From positions 3,410,001 through 3,474,000 of the forward strand of contig OU015568.1 of assembly GCA_907165135.1 (NCBI GenBank): a stretch of DNA of 64,000 nt, read 5' to 3'. The stretch is from Oikopleura dioica. Lineage: Eukaryota; Animalia; Chordata. Below are positions 44,772 to 56,632 of the stretch, piece after piece; positions within the stretch are counted from its first letter, which is position 1, and every line of letters starts with the position of its first letter. Both the position numbers and the translations under genes were made by a program. The notes below the pieces were generated by a model that was not told the origin of the DNA, made no database searches, and saw only the letters and a list, made by a program, of their open reading frames with translations.

Positions 44772-47625
44772 TCAAGCATTCCTTTTGTAAATATTCGCGG
44801 TCGAAATAACCTTCCCAACAAAAGTAGCAGCTTTATCTTTCGGAATCGTCCAGCAGTTCTTGTCACGATTATGGCGGTGGAAAAACACTTCTTCATAAAC
44901 CTCTTCTTCCTCAAAATTGACAAGCACGACTCCTTCCTCCGCCATCGAAAACGGGTCTAGTAGATATTGGTTTTCTAGTGCTCAAGGGTTTTTTCATACC
45001 TTTTGTGAGAATCTGATAAGCACCGAGTGGCATAAAAACTCCAATGACTCCTCCTAAGTTATCAGATATACCAGTAGAATCTTCGAATCGGAAGTTGACG
45101 TTCTCATGATTATTCGCCGTCTCCAATCTCAGAACAGGTCCATTTTCAATCCCCAAAATAACCCTTTTCCCCTGGGGATAGTGTTCCGGCAACGAAATAT
45201 AGACATCCCCAAATTTAGTACTTTTTCGATCCCAAGAATAACTCGGGCTGAGTCCTTCTGTCGACTCCACGTGCCAGCCGTAAATATCAAAACTAATAGT
45301 TACCCCGTTAGGACTGGTTACGCGGATCTGCTCGAAATAAGTAGCGTTGGAATCTTCGTCGGGCCGGAAAAGGAGGCCATCGACTTTTTATTGTTTTTCA
45401 ATCTGATTTTTAAAGACTTTTTTGACGAAATAAAACGCTCTTATTATAAATAAACAAGTCTTCGATTGTTTGAACACTTCGATTGATGAAAAACAGCTCC
45501 TATTAGTCCACTGTCGAAATCTTCGACGAGTCTGAGCACACCACCCGGCTGTCCGTCAATGTCGAAGCATAGATCCGCCTGTAGGAAGTCCTTGCCCTTG
45601 ATATGAAAATGAGGGTCTCCATATCTAGGCATACCGGACTAAATTTCGGTCCATTTTTCTAGCTTAGTTTAGGGGGCATATAATATAGTTTTAGAAAGCC
45701 CAGAAGCTGAGCTTTCATTTGGGCACAAAATCATGGGGTCTGGGTCATGCCCGGAAGGCAAATTAGTGCAGCGGAAGTTCCAAAATGGGCACTAGAAATC
45801 TTCAATCGATTTTTTCGAAGGGTTTAAGGGATTTTGAGCGGTCGTTGCCTACTGAAATAGAAAGCTCAGGCTCTGAGCTTTCTAAAACGCCCATAAAATT
45901 GGGCCTTCACCAGGTTTGGGGCCACCTGGGGGCGCTAGAAAGTCGAGTGAAAAACCGGAAATACCGGAAACTTCTATTTTTGAGTCTTAAACTCACTGTT
46001 AATGTCTAAAATTGAATTAAAAACAATAAGCAACGCTTTAAAATATGGAACCGCGGTTGAACCGAGTGGTTGACCTTACGGTTCATTGCGGTTCAACTCT
46101 AAAAAGTCTTCGAAACTTTTAAATATGGGTATTTTTCGACGGGAAATTGAATAAGAAATGAAATAATAGATGAACCGCGGTCGAACCGGGTGGTTGACCT
46201 TGCGGTTCAAGAAAATCAGCTCAATTGGGTTTTAAATTTTCAGGTTTGGTTGTTTCTAGAGCTTTAAAGAAAGATTTGATTAATAAACAATTGCAAGACG
46301 ATTGTTGATACTTTTTATTTTGTAGAATAATGTTTTATATAAAATTTATCTGAAAAAATAATAGTTCGAGCTAATTCCGAAAGATTTTACAAAGTCAGCA
46401 TGACTGATTGGGTGATCAACCACCTGGTTCAACCGCGGTTCATCTTTTATTTCATTGTTTTTTCAATTTCTCGTCAAAAAATACCCATATTTCACTGATT
46501 CGTAGACTTTCTAGAGTTGAACCGCAATGAACCGCATGGTCAACCACCTGGTTCAACCGCGGTTCATTTTTAATTTCATTTCTTATTCAATTTCCCGTCG
46601 AAAAATACCCATATTTCAATGTTTTGAAGACTTTCTAGTGTTGAACCGCAATGAACCGCAAAATTAACCACCCGGTTCAACCGCGGTTCGATATTTTTAA
46701 GCTTAGTTTAGTCTTCTCAATTAAATTTTAGGCATAGACTGTGAGTTTAGGACTCAAAAATAGAAGTTTCCGGTATTTCCGGTTTTTCACTCGACTTTCT
46801 AGCGCCCCCAGGTGGCCCCAAACCTGGTGAAGGCCCAATTTTATGGGCGTTTTAGAAAGCTCAGAGCCTGAGCTTTCTATTTCAGTAGGCTACGACCGCT
46901 CAAAATCCCTTAAACCCTTCGAAAAAATCGATTGAAGATTTCTAGTGCCCATTTTGGAACTTCCGCTGCACTAATTTGCCTTCCGGGCATGACCCAGACC
47001 CCATGATTTTGTGCCCAAATGAAAGCTCAGCTTCTGGGCTTTCTAAAACTATATTATATGCCCCCTAAACTAAGCTAGAAAAATGGACCGAAATTTAGTC
47101 CGGTAAGCCTATCCATATCCTGATGTTCCGGAAGAAGCGTACTTTGCTCCCGCTTCGATGCATCCACACTGAGGGCATCCAAGTGCGTTGAAATCTTCAT
47201 CGCCAGCCAATCTGCTGAAAGGTCCCCACTGCTCGACCCATTCTGGCCCGAAACTGCCATCTTTTTCGCACCAGCCTTTGTCCTCGTGCTCCTGGCAGGA
47301 GTACCCTTCTACGTCTTGCCAGTCCTCCCAATTCGGGTTGCAAGCTCTTTCTTCAAGAGTCGGAGGAATTGTTGGCTCCGGAAAGTTTTTCTTCTTCTTT
47401 TTCTTTCGAAGAAAATCGTTCATTTCAGTTTCAGACTCGTATTCTTCGTACTCATATGAAGAAGAGAAGAAATCTTCAATTTGAGAACCCTCAAGATGCC
47501 TTTAACAAAATAATCATTGCAAACTTTTTTCTCTGACTGTACCTGGTAGTGAGATACTCCTTGGGCCAAACAGTAAGTGCCCGGGAAAATCCAAAAAATA
47601 AAAAGCTTAGCGCAGTATTCATCAT
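44772..47625 (-). CDS. Secreted protein with a Cys-rich module and an inter-alpha-trypsin-inhibitor heavy-chain C-terminal domain, interrupted by a MITE
   Basis: Signal peptide MMNTALSFLFFGFSRA and Cys module (CNPNWEDWQDVEGYSC...GWC...GCPQCGC). Removing the MITE and one TSD gives GYG|DPHFHIKGKDFLQADLCFDIDGQPGGVLRLVED, typical of the ITI-HC C-domain start. Later DNLGGVIGVF and CWTIP...KRNA*. Confidence 0.8.
45626..47111. mobile_element. hAT-like foldback MITE, 1486 bp, inserted in a coding exon
   Basis: TIR starts TAGGC(A/T)TACCGGACTAAA and stays near-perfect for ~350 bp. Internal ~130-bp subterminal units rich in AACCGCGGTT. Exact 8-bp TSD TCCATATC at 45618-45625 and 47112-47119. Confidence 0.95.
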
Positions 47626-48292
47626 GCTGTAGCTCTTATTTCCGCTAGTTCTCGGGATTATTTCTCGAGGAACAGTGAAAGAAAATGTGCACAATGATTT
47701 GTCTTTTATATCCGCAGCGGGAGAGCGCGACGAATTGAAGCATGCGTTTTGCTCGTCATCAAATTATCGGTGGAACACGCAATCAATGTCTTATTTCTTG
47801 GAGAAGGATTAAAGAGTTTTCCACTTATGCAAACGTGGACGGATTCATTCTAGATTGTTCCTTTCTTCCTGCATTTATAAAGGCATAAATTAATTCCATG
47901 CGTAATTTTAACCTGCGAAGCTCACTGCATGAAACGAGACAGAAATCATTTTGAAAGTTGCGACTGTATTTTCAGGTCAATGTTTTCAGTAGCTTCTTTT
48001 TCAAGAAAGTTGCGCCTGTATTTTCAAGGCTTTCTACCTTTTTTTCTCTTCCATCAGCTCAATCTGGGCTATCCTTGGCTGTGCCACTAGAATAAAGGTT
48101 GAAAGGGCCAGTATGGCCCAGTATGGGGGTTTTAATAACTTACAGTTCTCTTTTCCTCTTTCGGACCCAGAACATTCTCACTGGAATGAAGCACATCTGC
48201 TCGTTTGGCAATAAGTAAGCAACAAGTCTAGAAAAAAATAAACTTGTTCTCGAGATTTTTGGTTTTTTACACAGGCATTCTGGAGGGTATTT

Positions 48293-48360
48293 CCTTACAC
48301 CGACCATATCCTTACACCGACCAAATCCTTACACCGACCAATTCCTTACACCGACCAAAT
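48293..48360. repeat. 17-bp tandem repeat, 4 copies
   Basis: CCTTACACCGACCA(T/A)(A/T)T four times in direct orientation. Confidence 0.9.
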
Positions 48361-49440
48361 TCTGAAAATGGTCTGGAGACACTCCGAGTTCGCGGTCTCG
48401 GAGACTGATAAAATCGACTTTCACTGTAAACCTAGCTCACTGTATCTATTTTTTTTTATATTTATTAGTATTTGATGGAAAGTTGTTTCTAAATCTAAAG
48501 TTGTTTCTTCTTTTTATCTTATTACATCAGACAAATCTTTTTGTACGAAATCAATGATAATTTTTTCGCAAAATTTTCTCTGTCAAATTGCTCTCAATAA
48601 TGATCTGACTCTTCAAAATGCGAGCAGTGTCCGCTCTTATCAGCGCGCATTATTGGTCGGCGGCTCGCGGAAAATGAATCATCAGATTTTGCTCGGAGCA
48701 AAGCATAAATCTACCCCAAGACATGCGCATTTTTTGTAAAACAGTCAAAAATGCGCAAAATTTTATTTTGATTTGTGACCTCAAATGACCTCGAATGACC
48801 TTTTATGATCATTATTGTGACCAAGAAACCAATTTGAAAGGCGCATTTTATTATTTTGAAGTATTCTATTGCAATTCAACATTTTTCCGTTGAAATTTTG
48901 AAAAAATCAAAAAAAAAAATTCTTTTTCTAGAGTTGGGTCTTTCATATGTAGCTTTTCACCTAGAGTAGGTCAAGGCGAACATTTTGAAACATCGAACTC
49001 AAATTTTCCATTTCTAGAAAAAAAATAAGAGGGGTCCCAACTTTTGGGACTTTTGGAACTTCAACCAGCCGCCATGACGTCATTTATGATGACTCAGCCC
49101 CTAAAACTATTTTTTTCTGGCGTAACTTTTTACGCTCTTTCTAACGAGCACAAAAACATGGGGGGTTAGGATTTGGAATTTCTATTCCTTATTGAAATTG
49201 GCCAACCAAGAAATTGATGGAGGCGAGTTGTATTTTCTATAACTGTAGTAAAACGTTTTCAGTCACGTGCTTTGAGGCTCGCTCTGTTGGTTATATCAAA
49301 GTAAATAAAAATTCTTATTTTTTCCGCCAAAAAGTGTCAGAGTCATCTCCGCAAAGTGACGGCCCAAACAGATAAACACTTATTTTTCAATAAATACGCT
49401 TGATAACGGTCTTTTCAGAACAGATTCTTCGAACTGTAGC

Positions 49441-50237
49441 ATGGGTAACGTCTGAGTTTTCGCACCTTTTTCATTGTTTTCAAGATCTTGCAGTTGAAGA
49501 TAAAAATGAAGAGTTGCAGCATCAAGACGAGCAGGGTGAATGTGATGATTTTCAGGAAGTAAAGGACTCAAAAAATCGCCGACTGGTAATTTATTAGAAT
49601 CATTTTTGTATAATGAGATGCACATTTAGTTGAAAATCGGTGGGGCAATAGCCATTACTGTTATTTTACTGATCTCGATCATCGTTCCCTGCGCCGTTCT
49701 TCTTGGCGACAGTGAACCAGCGACGACTGCTCCAGCTCCAACAACATCCTCTAATGTACCAAATTCAACTTCGACGATGTCGACAATAACTCCAACAAAA
49801 TCAACAACGACGCCAACAACGGCGCGAACAACGACAACAACGACAAAATCAATATCTGAAAATCTCACGACAAAGAGATTCAACACGACAGAGAATTTTG
49901 AGACAACAGGATCAGAAACAAATTTGTTTCAAACAACAGCTCAACTTCCTCTTCCGGATGTAAATCAGTGCATCGACTTCTGTGGTCGGCTCTCTGAATT
50001 AGGTTTAAGAACTCATTGGACTCATTTTAACTGTTTTTAGACTCATGCGATGGCGGATTAGGTCCGGAAGATGTTTCCATTTGTCCATCGAGAGATCATG
50101 ACTGTTTCGCTTGCTCTCAAGGCTGCTTTTTCGCGTTGAATGGACTTGGACCGAACATTTGTGCCGAAATTCTAGCTGGTCATGAAAGTCAAGAGATACA
50201 ACACCTTTGCAACGGGCTCGGCTGTTTTGATTCATGA
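49441..50237 (+). CDS. Type II membrane mucin-like protein with C-terminal Cys-rich domain
   Basis: ATG, phase-1 intron, short acidic tail, TM (GGAIAITVILLISIIVPCAVLL), Thr-rich stalk with NxT/S sequons, then Cys domain (QCIDFC...DSCDGG...CFACSQGC...LCNGLGCFDS*). All introns GT-AG and in frame. Confidence 0.7.
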
Positions 50238-50285
50238 ATAAATAATGATAGCAAATCTGTCGGTCTCTTTCCTCAGAATGCTCAC

Positions 50286-50359
50286 GGCCGGTTAGCTCAG
50301 TTGGTTAGAGCGTCGTGCTAATAACGCGAATGTCGCGGGTTCGATCCCCGTACTGGCCA
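50286..50359 (+). tRNA. trnI-AAT: tRNA-Ile (anticodon AAT)
   Basis: GGCCGGTTAGCTCAGTTGGTTAGAGCGTCGTGCTAATAACGCGAATGTCGCGGGTTCGATCCCCGTACTGGCCA folds as a full cloverleaf with A and B boxes. Followed by a T-rich Pol III terminator. Confidence 0.97.
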
Positions 50360-51124
50360 TTCTTTTCCATTTTTCCGAATTAAGAGGGATGAAGCTCAGG
50401 GTGTTTTTATTCATCATTTTGTACAAAATAAAAAATCTTGAATTTATCAGGATTCTGCGCTCATCTGTCTCGGCGAAGGTTTATGCGCGCTCTTCTTGTT
50501 TTTCAGTCGCATATGGCTGCAAAAATGACTGTTACTGGCATTATTGAGAAAGTAATCAAACCTGAAGAAATCGGCCAGCATAATGAGGAAAACAATAAAG
50601 ATGTACAAAATGATGACAGCTTGCCACAGCGCCCTAAAAACTCCCATAACAGTTTCTGTCTCTCTTAACTCTGAAGAGAATCTAATAAAAGGTGAGAATT
50701 GGTGCGAAAGGTCGAACTCTGACCACAATCCCTTCCTCTTCTCCCTTTCTTCAGACGTTCGAAAGGGCAGTTTTCTCTATTTCAATTTGAACGAGCACGA
50801 TCTCTAATCCCTCTCAAGGGAGAACAAGTGCAACATTCGATAATTGAAATATTATCTCTTCGTGAATATTTACTTGAATTTATGCTCGTGTTTTTCCGCC
50901 GAAGAAAAGGAAAAATTCTCAACCTCAGGTTCCATCCGATACTCTTTTGTTCTGAGGCTAGTTGGATTTTAATCAAAACCTCATTTGTGAGGCTATTAAT
51001 ATTCAAAAAGAATATTCACTTTCAAATTGAATACCAAGCGCTAATGGACTGAAGACGGATTTGGTGACGGTTTTTTGAATTTTTTATTTGCTATAGTTTA
51101 TAGTCTATAAATTATAGAGTTCAT

Positions 51125-52183
51125 CAAAGTTGCAAATTTTGATGAATTTTTCTGAGCTGAGCTGAGCTGGCCTATTTTGGAGGTTACTGAGCTGAGCTGA
51201 GCAGACCGTTTTATTTAGAGAGTTGAGCTGAGCTGAGCTGAGCGGACCCTGATTAGAGCTGAGCGAATTGAGCTGAGCGAATTGAGCTGAGCTGAGCTTG
51301 TTGTTACTGTTTTCTGTTAGCAAAATTGTATTTAAATAAGAGCTGAGCGGAGTGAAAATTGTCTGAGCTGAGCTGATAACTTATCAGTGATAAGATCAGA
51401 TTATTTTCCAAAATCACGAGAACGATGACCAGGACTAGGTTCGTGTGACTAGGTTCGTGGGTGCCATGTCGGAAAAATGGTTCGTGTGACTAGGTTCGTG
51501 GAATTTGAATTTTTATATGCATTTTTTGTATCTTCACCATTTTGAGGCAGTAAGGGAAATGGGTTGATGACTAGGTTCGTTGGACTAGGTTCGTGAAGAC
51601 TGAGTTCGTGAAGGCTAGGTTCATGAGACTAGGTTCGTAGAATTTGGATTTTTATATGTATTTTATGTATCTTCAGCATTTTCGGGCAGTTAGGGAAATA
51701 GGTTGATGACTGGGTTCGTGAGACTAGGTTCGTCAATACTTTGTTCGTTCTAGCGGCTTATACGGGGGGGGGGTTGATGGGGGGAAACATATTTGGGATA
51801 TAAAATCCTACATTTTGCTTGTTCAAAAACCCACGAACCTAGTCATCAACCCATTTCCTTTACTGCCCCATATTTTTACATTTTAAAAATTCACGAACCT
51901 AGTCACACGAACCTAGTCATTAACCCGTTTCCTTTACTTCCCCAAATTTTTTTCTATTTAAAAACTCACGAACCTAGTCACACGAACCTAGTCATCAACC
52001 CATTTCCCTTACTGCCCCAAAATATTAGCCGATTTCAATACTCTGGCAAAACCCACCACGAACCTAGTCACACGAACCTAGCCCTCACGAACTTAGTCGA
52101 TATTCCCAAAATCACTCTGCTGAGCGACTACTCAGCTCACTCAGCCAGCTCAGCTCACTCAGCTCAGCAAATTTGCAACTCTG
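51125..52183. mobile_element. hAT-like MITE with (CTGAG)n subterminal repeats, carrying a nested element
   Basis: TIR CA(A/G)AGTTGCAAATTT. Exact 8-bp TSD GAGTTCAT at 51117-51124 and 52184-52191. CTGAG arrays on the left and CTCAG arrays on the right. Confidence 0.9.
51418..52106. mobile_element. Nested Mutator-like MITE with ACTAGGTTCGTG repeats
   Basis: Direct repeat CAAAATCAC at 51409-51417 and 52107-52115 (extends to 10 bp). Left half has ACTAGGTTCGTG repeats, right half has CACGAACCTAGT repeats; the terminal bases match only loosely. Confidence 0.75.
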
Positions 52184-54145
52184 GAGTTCATCTTTTTACC
52201 AACTTTCAAAGACCAAAAAATACCTAAGAGTGCCAAGTTTTTGCTTACAGGGAGGAAATATCATTCAGCTTAGGAGGTTTGATCAAAATCCTCTTCTCGG
52301 TCATTTTCTTTAGTTTCAAAAAACAGGGGCTTTTTATTGAACGCGATTCTTAATTTTTATCCTCTGATCAAGGACCTACCCTGTTATGGAAGTTTTATTC
52401 TGCTCGACATCTTCGGGAACTGTTTCGCTTGAATTTTTAAAATAACGGGATTTCGTTTCATCCGCGCAGCAAGTCTTAATCAAATTATTTCAATCTCTTT
52501 TTTGTGAGGTTTTCTTACATATTGGTTTTCAGCGACTGTGCAGCAATATAAATATTCTCTTGGTTCGTTTTGGCGGGGACAGATGAATCGGACTTTTCCT
52601 TCTTCGCAGCTTTCGGATTTCTGAAAGCGAGAAATAAAAATTTAAAAGAAAAAGTAAAAAAGAAAATCCTTATTTAAAGAGATACCGATTCGATCAAAAT
52701 CTTCTTCAAAAACTCTTTGTATCTATTCCTCGTTATCGTCATTGTTCAATTCAATTATTTCTCTGATCGGGGGTTCAATTTATAGTTTTTGTTCCAGTTG
52801 AACACTTCCGTAAGAAACTCAAAAATTGCGAGCCGTTATTGGTGGAGGCGCATTTGCACTGGCAGCTGGCCAACTGCCGGTCCGGGCTAGGGTCCGGGAG
52901 AGAGGAAGTGTGAAATATCGACTGTAGTTGAAGTAGGGTACTCTTTTTTAATTTTATACCCCGCTGGGATGAAAGGATTTGGGGGCTTTGAATATTCAAA
53001 AATTAAAATTCGAATGCTCAAGTTTCCGATTTCTAAATTTTCCATAATTTGATTGTTGAATGTTCCACTGGAACGCCAAAATTGACCCCCGAGTCTAAAT
53101 TTTTCTCTTGAAAATTTATTATTTATAAAGCTAATTATCTATAAAGCTATAAATCTAGCTCATTATCAAGCCTCAATTAACAAGGAAATGCGAAAACACG
53201 GTCTAATGTTAAAAGAGAGTTGTTGAAAATTTTGATCTTGACCAAGTTGTTTTTACTTACTTTGCTGTTGAAGTAGGAAGTGGAGTAGGCTTTTGATTGG
53301 GAAAAGTAAGCTCTAAGAATAAACAAAGTCAACACCGGCTAAAAAAACTCACTCGATAGAAATTATCGCGACAAGAAGGACCAAAAAACTGCCCAGCCAG
53401 AAAGCCGTGCGGCTCCAGCCCATGGTTCAGAATCTCTTCTATGATTTCAGGGCGTTCTCTATCGGGTAATAACTGGAAATACAGTAATATGGCCGGCGCA
53501 TTCTCCTCGGCAAAAAAGGAGAAGGTCGATCAAAAGATCAAATTGAATGGCAGATTAGAAAAGATGATGATTTTATGGCGGATTGGAATTAATTATCAAA
53601 TACAGTTATTCCTCGAGAACCGGTTATCACACAAAATATACAAAAACTTCAATTTAAATAATGAAAAATCAAACCGAGTTCTTTAAGGAAATATCTGATC
53701 TTATTATAAATTAAAAATTCAATTTTGAATATTATAAATTATTGATAAAAACTCAAGTTCTGAGGCTTCAAAAACATCATCTCTTCTTTACTTTTCGCAA
53801 ACTGTTTCTTATTCTGCTCTATTTTTTTAATAAAATGAAGGAAAAAACTGAACTCTCGCCTCCGGGCAGGCTCCTTATCTGATCAGCGAAGATTAATCCT
53901 CAGGCCATAGTGGCAGTTCGTCAATAACGTCCACCCGAATAATAATTATTTTCGAGGCAAATCAAAACGGATTTCGCGCTGAATTAAACCGAGGCCAGCA
54001 AATTAATCCCAAGATCAAGAGTAATGGCCTGGAGAATATTGATTCAGATACAGTTACAGTTGCATCCTTTCTGAAATGGCTATTTTCTGCGTAGTTTTAT
54101 GAGGGCAGCCTTAGAAGGCTAAGAACAAGGACCCCTTCTTCTACT

Positions 54146-54370
54146 CGATGTCGGTAGATGTCTTTAAATGTCCTTATAATCAAGGAAGCCTCACTGTCTT
54201 GAGATGTATGTAAATATCATTAGATGTTCCTAGATGTCCCCAGATGTCTATTGATCGTGAATTGCCGTTAATGTTCTTTGAAGCCCTTAGATGTCTCTAG
54301 ATGTCATGAGATGTACCCAAATGTCATTAGATGTCACCAGATGTCTCCAAAGGACTTGAATGTCTCTAAG
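54146..54370. repeat. Degenerate ~10-bp minisatellite (AGATGTC core)
   Basis: About 15 AGATGT/AAATGTC units at ~10-bp spacing, in two blocks. Confidence 0.8.
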
Positions 54371-54529
54371 ATCATTTTTTTTCATTTCCCTTGCCTGTAT
54401 ATTTTACACTTTGCTGCAGCATCGCTTTTTCACTAAGAAAAGGTACTGTTTCTGATTGAATAAAAAAAATTATTTCCGCGGTTTTTTTTTCAAAACGCCA
54501 ATTCTCGCAAAGTGATTTTCATTTTCAAC

Positions 54530-55580
54530 CGATTCCTGCAAAGAAGATGACTCCAAGAACAAGCAAGTAGGTGAAGATCAGCAAAGCAATTATCCACGGC
54601 TATAATTTTTAATTAAATTTCCTCGTTTTTTACTGGTTATTTCACTTTTTCTGGCGACTTTTTGAATTGATATAAAAGAAGAATTGCTAATGATTTCGAC
54701 GCTTTTGAATATGAATTTATTCAAAAATGGCCCTCCTGTCCGAAAAATAAATACGTAGTTACTTTTTACATAATTAAGTATTTTATGCATACTGTTTGTT
54801 CAACATACTGTAGGTTGCGTTGTACGTACTGTTTAATTAGCGTTCCATACTGTTAATTTTCTCAAATTTCTCTTTTTGAATTCAAGGAAGAGGAATGACA
54901 AAAAAACTGTGCTTTTTGATTTTTAGAGAACAAAAGAAGTAACAAAAATTGATGATTCATTACCGATATTGGCAATTGTGTTTCAACGATCGATCGGCGC
55001 AGTCGAAGTCGATATCCGACGAATTGAGGCAACTTTTCAAAAGGGATGACAAAAGTTTTCCAGCCACTACTTTTTTCTCTCATCAAAACATGACTTTCTG
55101 AATAAAGAACTTCATGACCTGAAGGTCCAGAAGGTTTGTTTATTTTCAGTAACAACCCTAACCGGGGTAGGCTAACCCTAACTTGTCACCACTGTTTCCT
55201 GAATCATGGGTAAGCTGCTTTCCAGATCTTCCTTCTTAGAGTCATCTCTTCTACTGATGGACGTGCAATTCTTATTGCTCTCTGTTGTTTTTAAAATACA
55301 GTTACTCTGAGAGTTCATGTTTCAATTCTTTTTGAATTTTGTTGAAAAATCACTTTGCGAGAAACGCACGGTACTTACGAGAGGAAATTTTACGAGCCAT
55401 AAAAACTGATCAAGATTGAAATTTTCCTCCCAATCAGACAAAAAAGGTTGATAAGTTTAATTAGCAATTACCCGTTTGATTGGAGGTAGTCGGAAAATGC
55501 CCATTGCATAATTGGAAGAAATGCAGAAGACCAAAAGGGAAGTAACAGGGTCATGCCGATCAGGATCATTGCAAATGTCT
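54530..55580 (-). CDS. Probable multi-exon membrane protein (unidentified)
   Basis: Hydrophobic exon-like segments (HKTFAMILIGMTLLLPFWSSAFLPIMQWAF|; KPSGPSGHEVLYSESH...QLPIS|; WIIALLIFTYLLVLGVIFFAGIG*) bounded by GT donors. Model not fully resolved. Confidence 0.35.
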
Positions 55581-55823
55581 TGTGCCTAAAATAAACAGTT
55601 CAATGACGAGGTATTGACTTAAAAAGGCGTATTTTTATTCTCAAAAGAACTCGGATTTTTATACTTTTATGAACATCTTAAAACATTCAGGGGACTCCTT
55701 TAATAGTCTTAAAATTTGGTGGGAGAAAATTTTCATATAAAAATGTTCTATTTCAAATACTGTAGGAAAAGTGCCGGCTCAGTTTTGTCCTTTCAAAAAC
55801 AAGAAAACCCGAGTAACCTGAAA

Positions 55824-56632
55824 ATGTCGGAAATGTCACAATATTCCGAGAGCTACATTTCTTATGATAAAGAAATTGATTCATGTACGGCAATTACTGA
55901 ATGTTAGTCAGTCAAAGATGCTCAAAATTTCAAAGATATATTTCAGGCCTTTCAGAATTAGAGATCGCCGAAATTGTTGAAACCAGGCTGAAGTTTTATG
56001 AGTTAGAGCTTATGAATCACAAGAAAGAAACATTTGATAGAACACGACTGAATAAAGAGTCGATTGTGAGTTTCGAGGCTGAGCTAATGAACCACAAAAA
56101 TGAGATGTTGGAGATAGTACGTCAAAACAAGGAAGAGACTTTTGAAGTAGCGCGACGAAACCGAGAGCTTATCGAAAGCTTCATTGCAAATGGAGAATTT
56201 CCGGACGATCTTTCAAATGCTGTCCTTTTTCCGGATCAAGTCGATCAAAAACGCTCTTATACAAGCATCAAAAGCTATGGCACTGTGATTTTCTTTCTTG
56301 TATTGGTACCGGTTTTGACTTTCACCTTTAGAATTGTAGTTGCTTTGCGTTTTCATGATAACGCTGCTGATTCATTCTATATTTTTTATAAAATTTTATT
56401 CAGTCTTTGGATAATTGGTATTGGCCTCGGCCTAGGTCACTTTTTATGGAAAATAAAAAAAATGAAATTAGCAAGAATAGGAATTATGATCAGCTTATTT
56501 TTATTTAATATTTCTCTGTTGCTCAATCTATTCTATTTTACTAATATTAATACTAACACTCACAAATTCGTTTCGTACGGTGTACATTGCGTGTTTTCTA
56601 GTTGTTCGAACAAGACGCAAACTGCGAATTAA
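55824..56632 (+). CDS. Orphan coiled-coil plus three-TM protein
   Basis: ORF 55901-56632 has an internal repeat (ELELMNHKKE / EAELMNHKNE) and three hydrophobic segments. Likely first exon MSEMSQYSESYISYDKEIDS. Confidence 0.55.

Noticed and set aside
44395-44775. ORF between the ITI-like and Kelch genes
   Set aside because: Overlaps the 3' UTR/polyadenylation region of the ITI-like gene and has no recognisable motif; may be a small operon gene but is unsupported.
48550-49260. Repeat-like AT-rich block with TGACCTCAAATGACC and GCGCA motifs
   Set aside because: Looks like a transposon fragment, but I found no convincing TIR pair or TSD.
51430-52227. Regularly spaced short repeats resembling a CRISPR array, and the repetitive ORF 51793-52227
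   Set aside because: Repeats are inverted between the two halves, bounded by TIRs and TSDs, lack unique constant-length spacers, and lie in eukaryotic DNA with no cas genes. They are MITE subterminal repeats.
52400-54130. Scattered exon-like segments on the minus strand
   Set aside because: Frames are broken by stops and show no recognisable homology; cannot separate a real gene from decay.
55155-55182. TAACCC telomere-like hexamers
   Set aside because: Only two non-adjacent copies; not an interstitial telomeric array.
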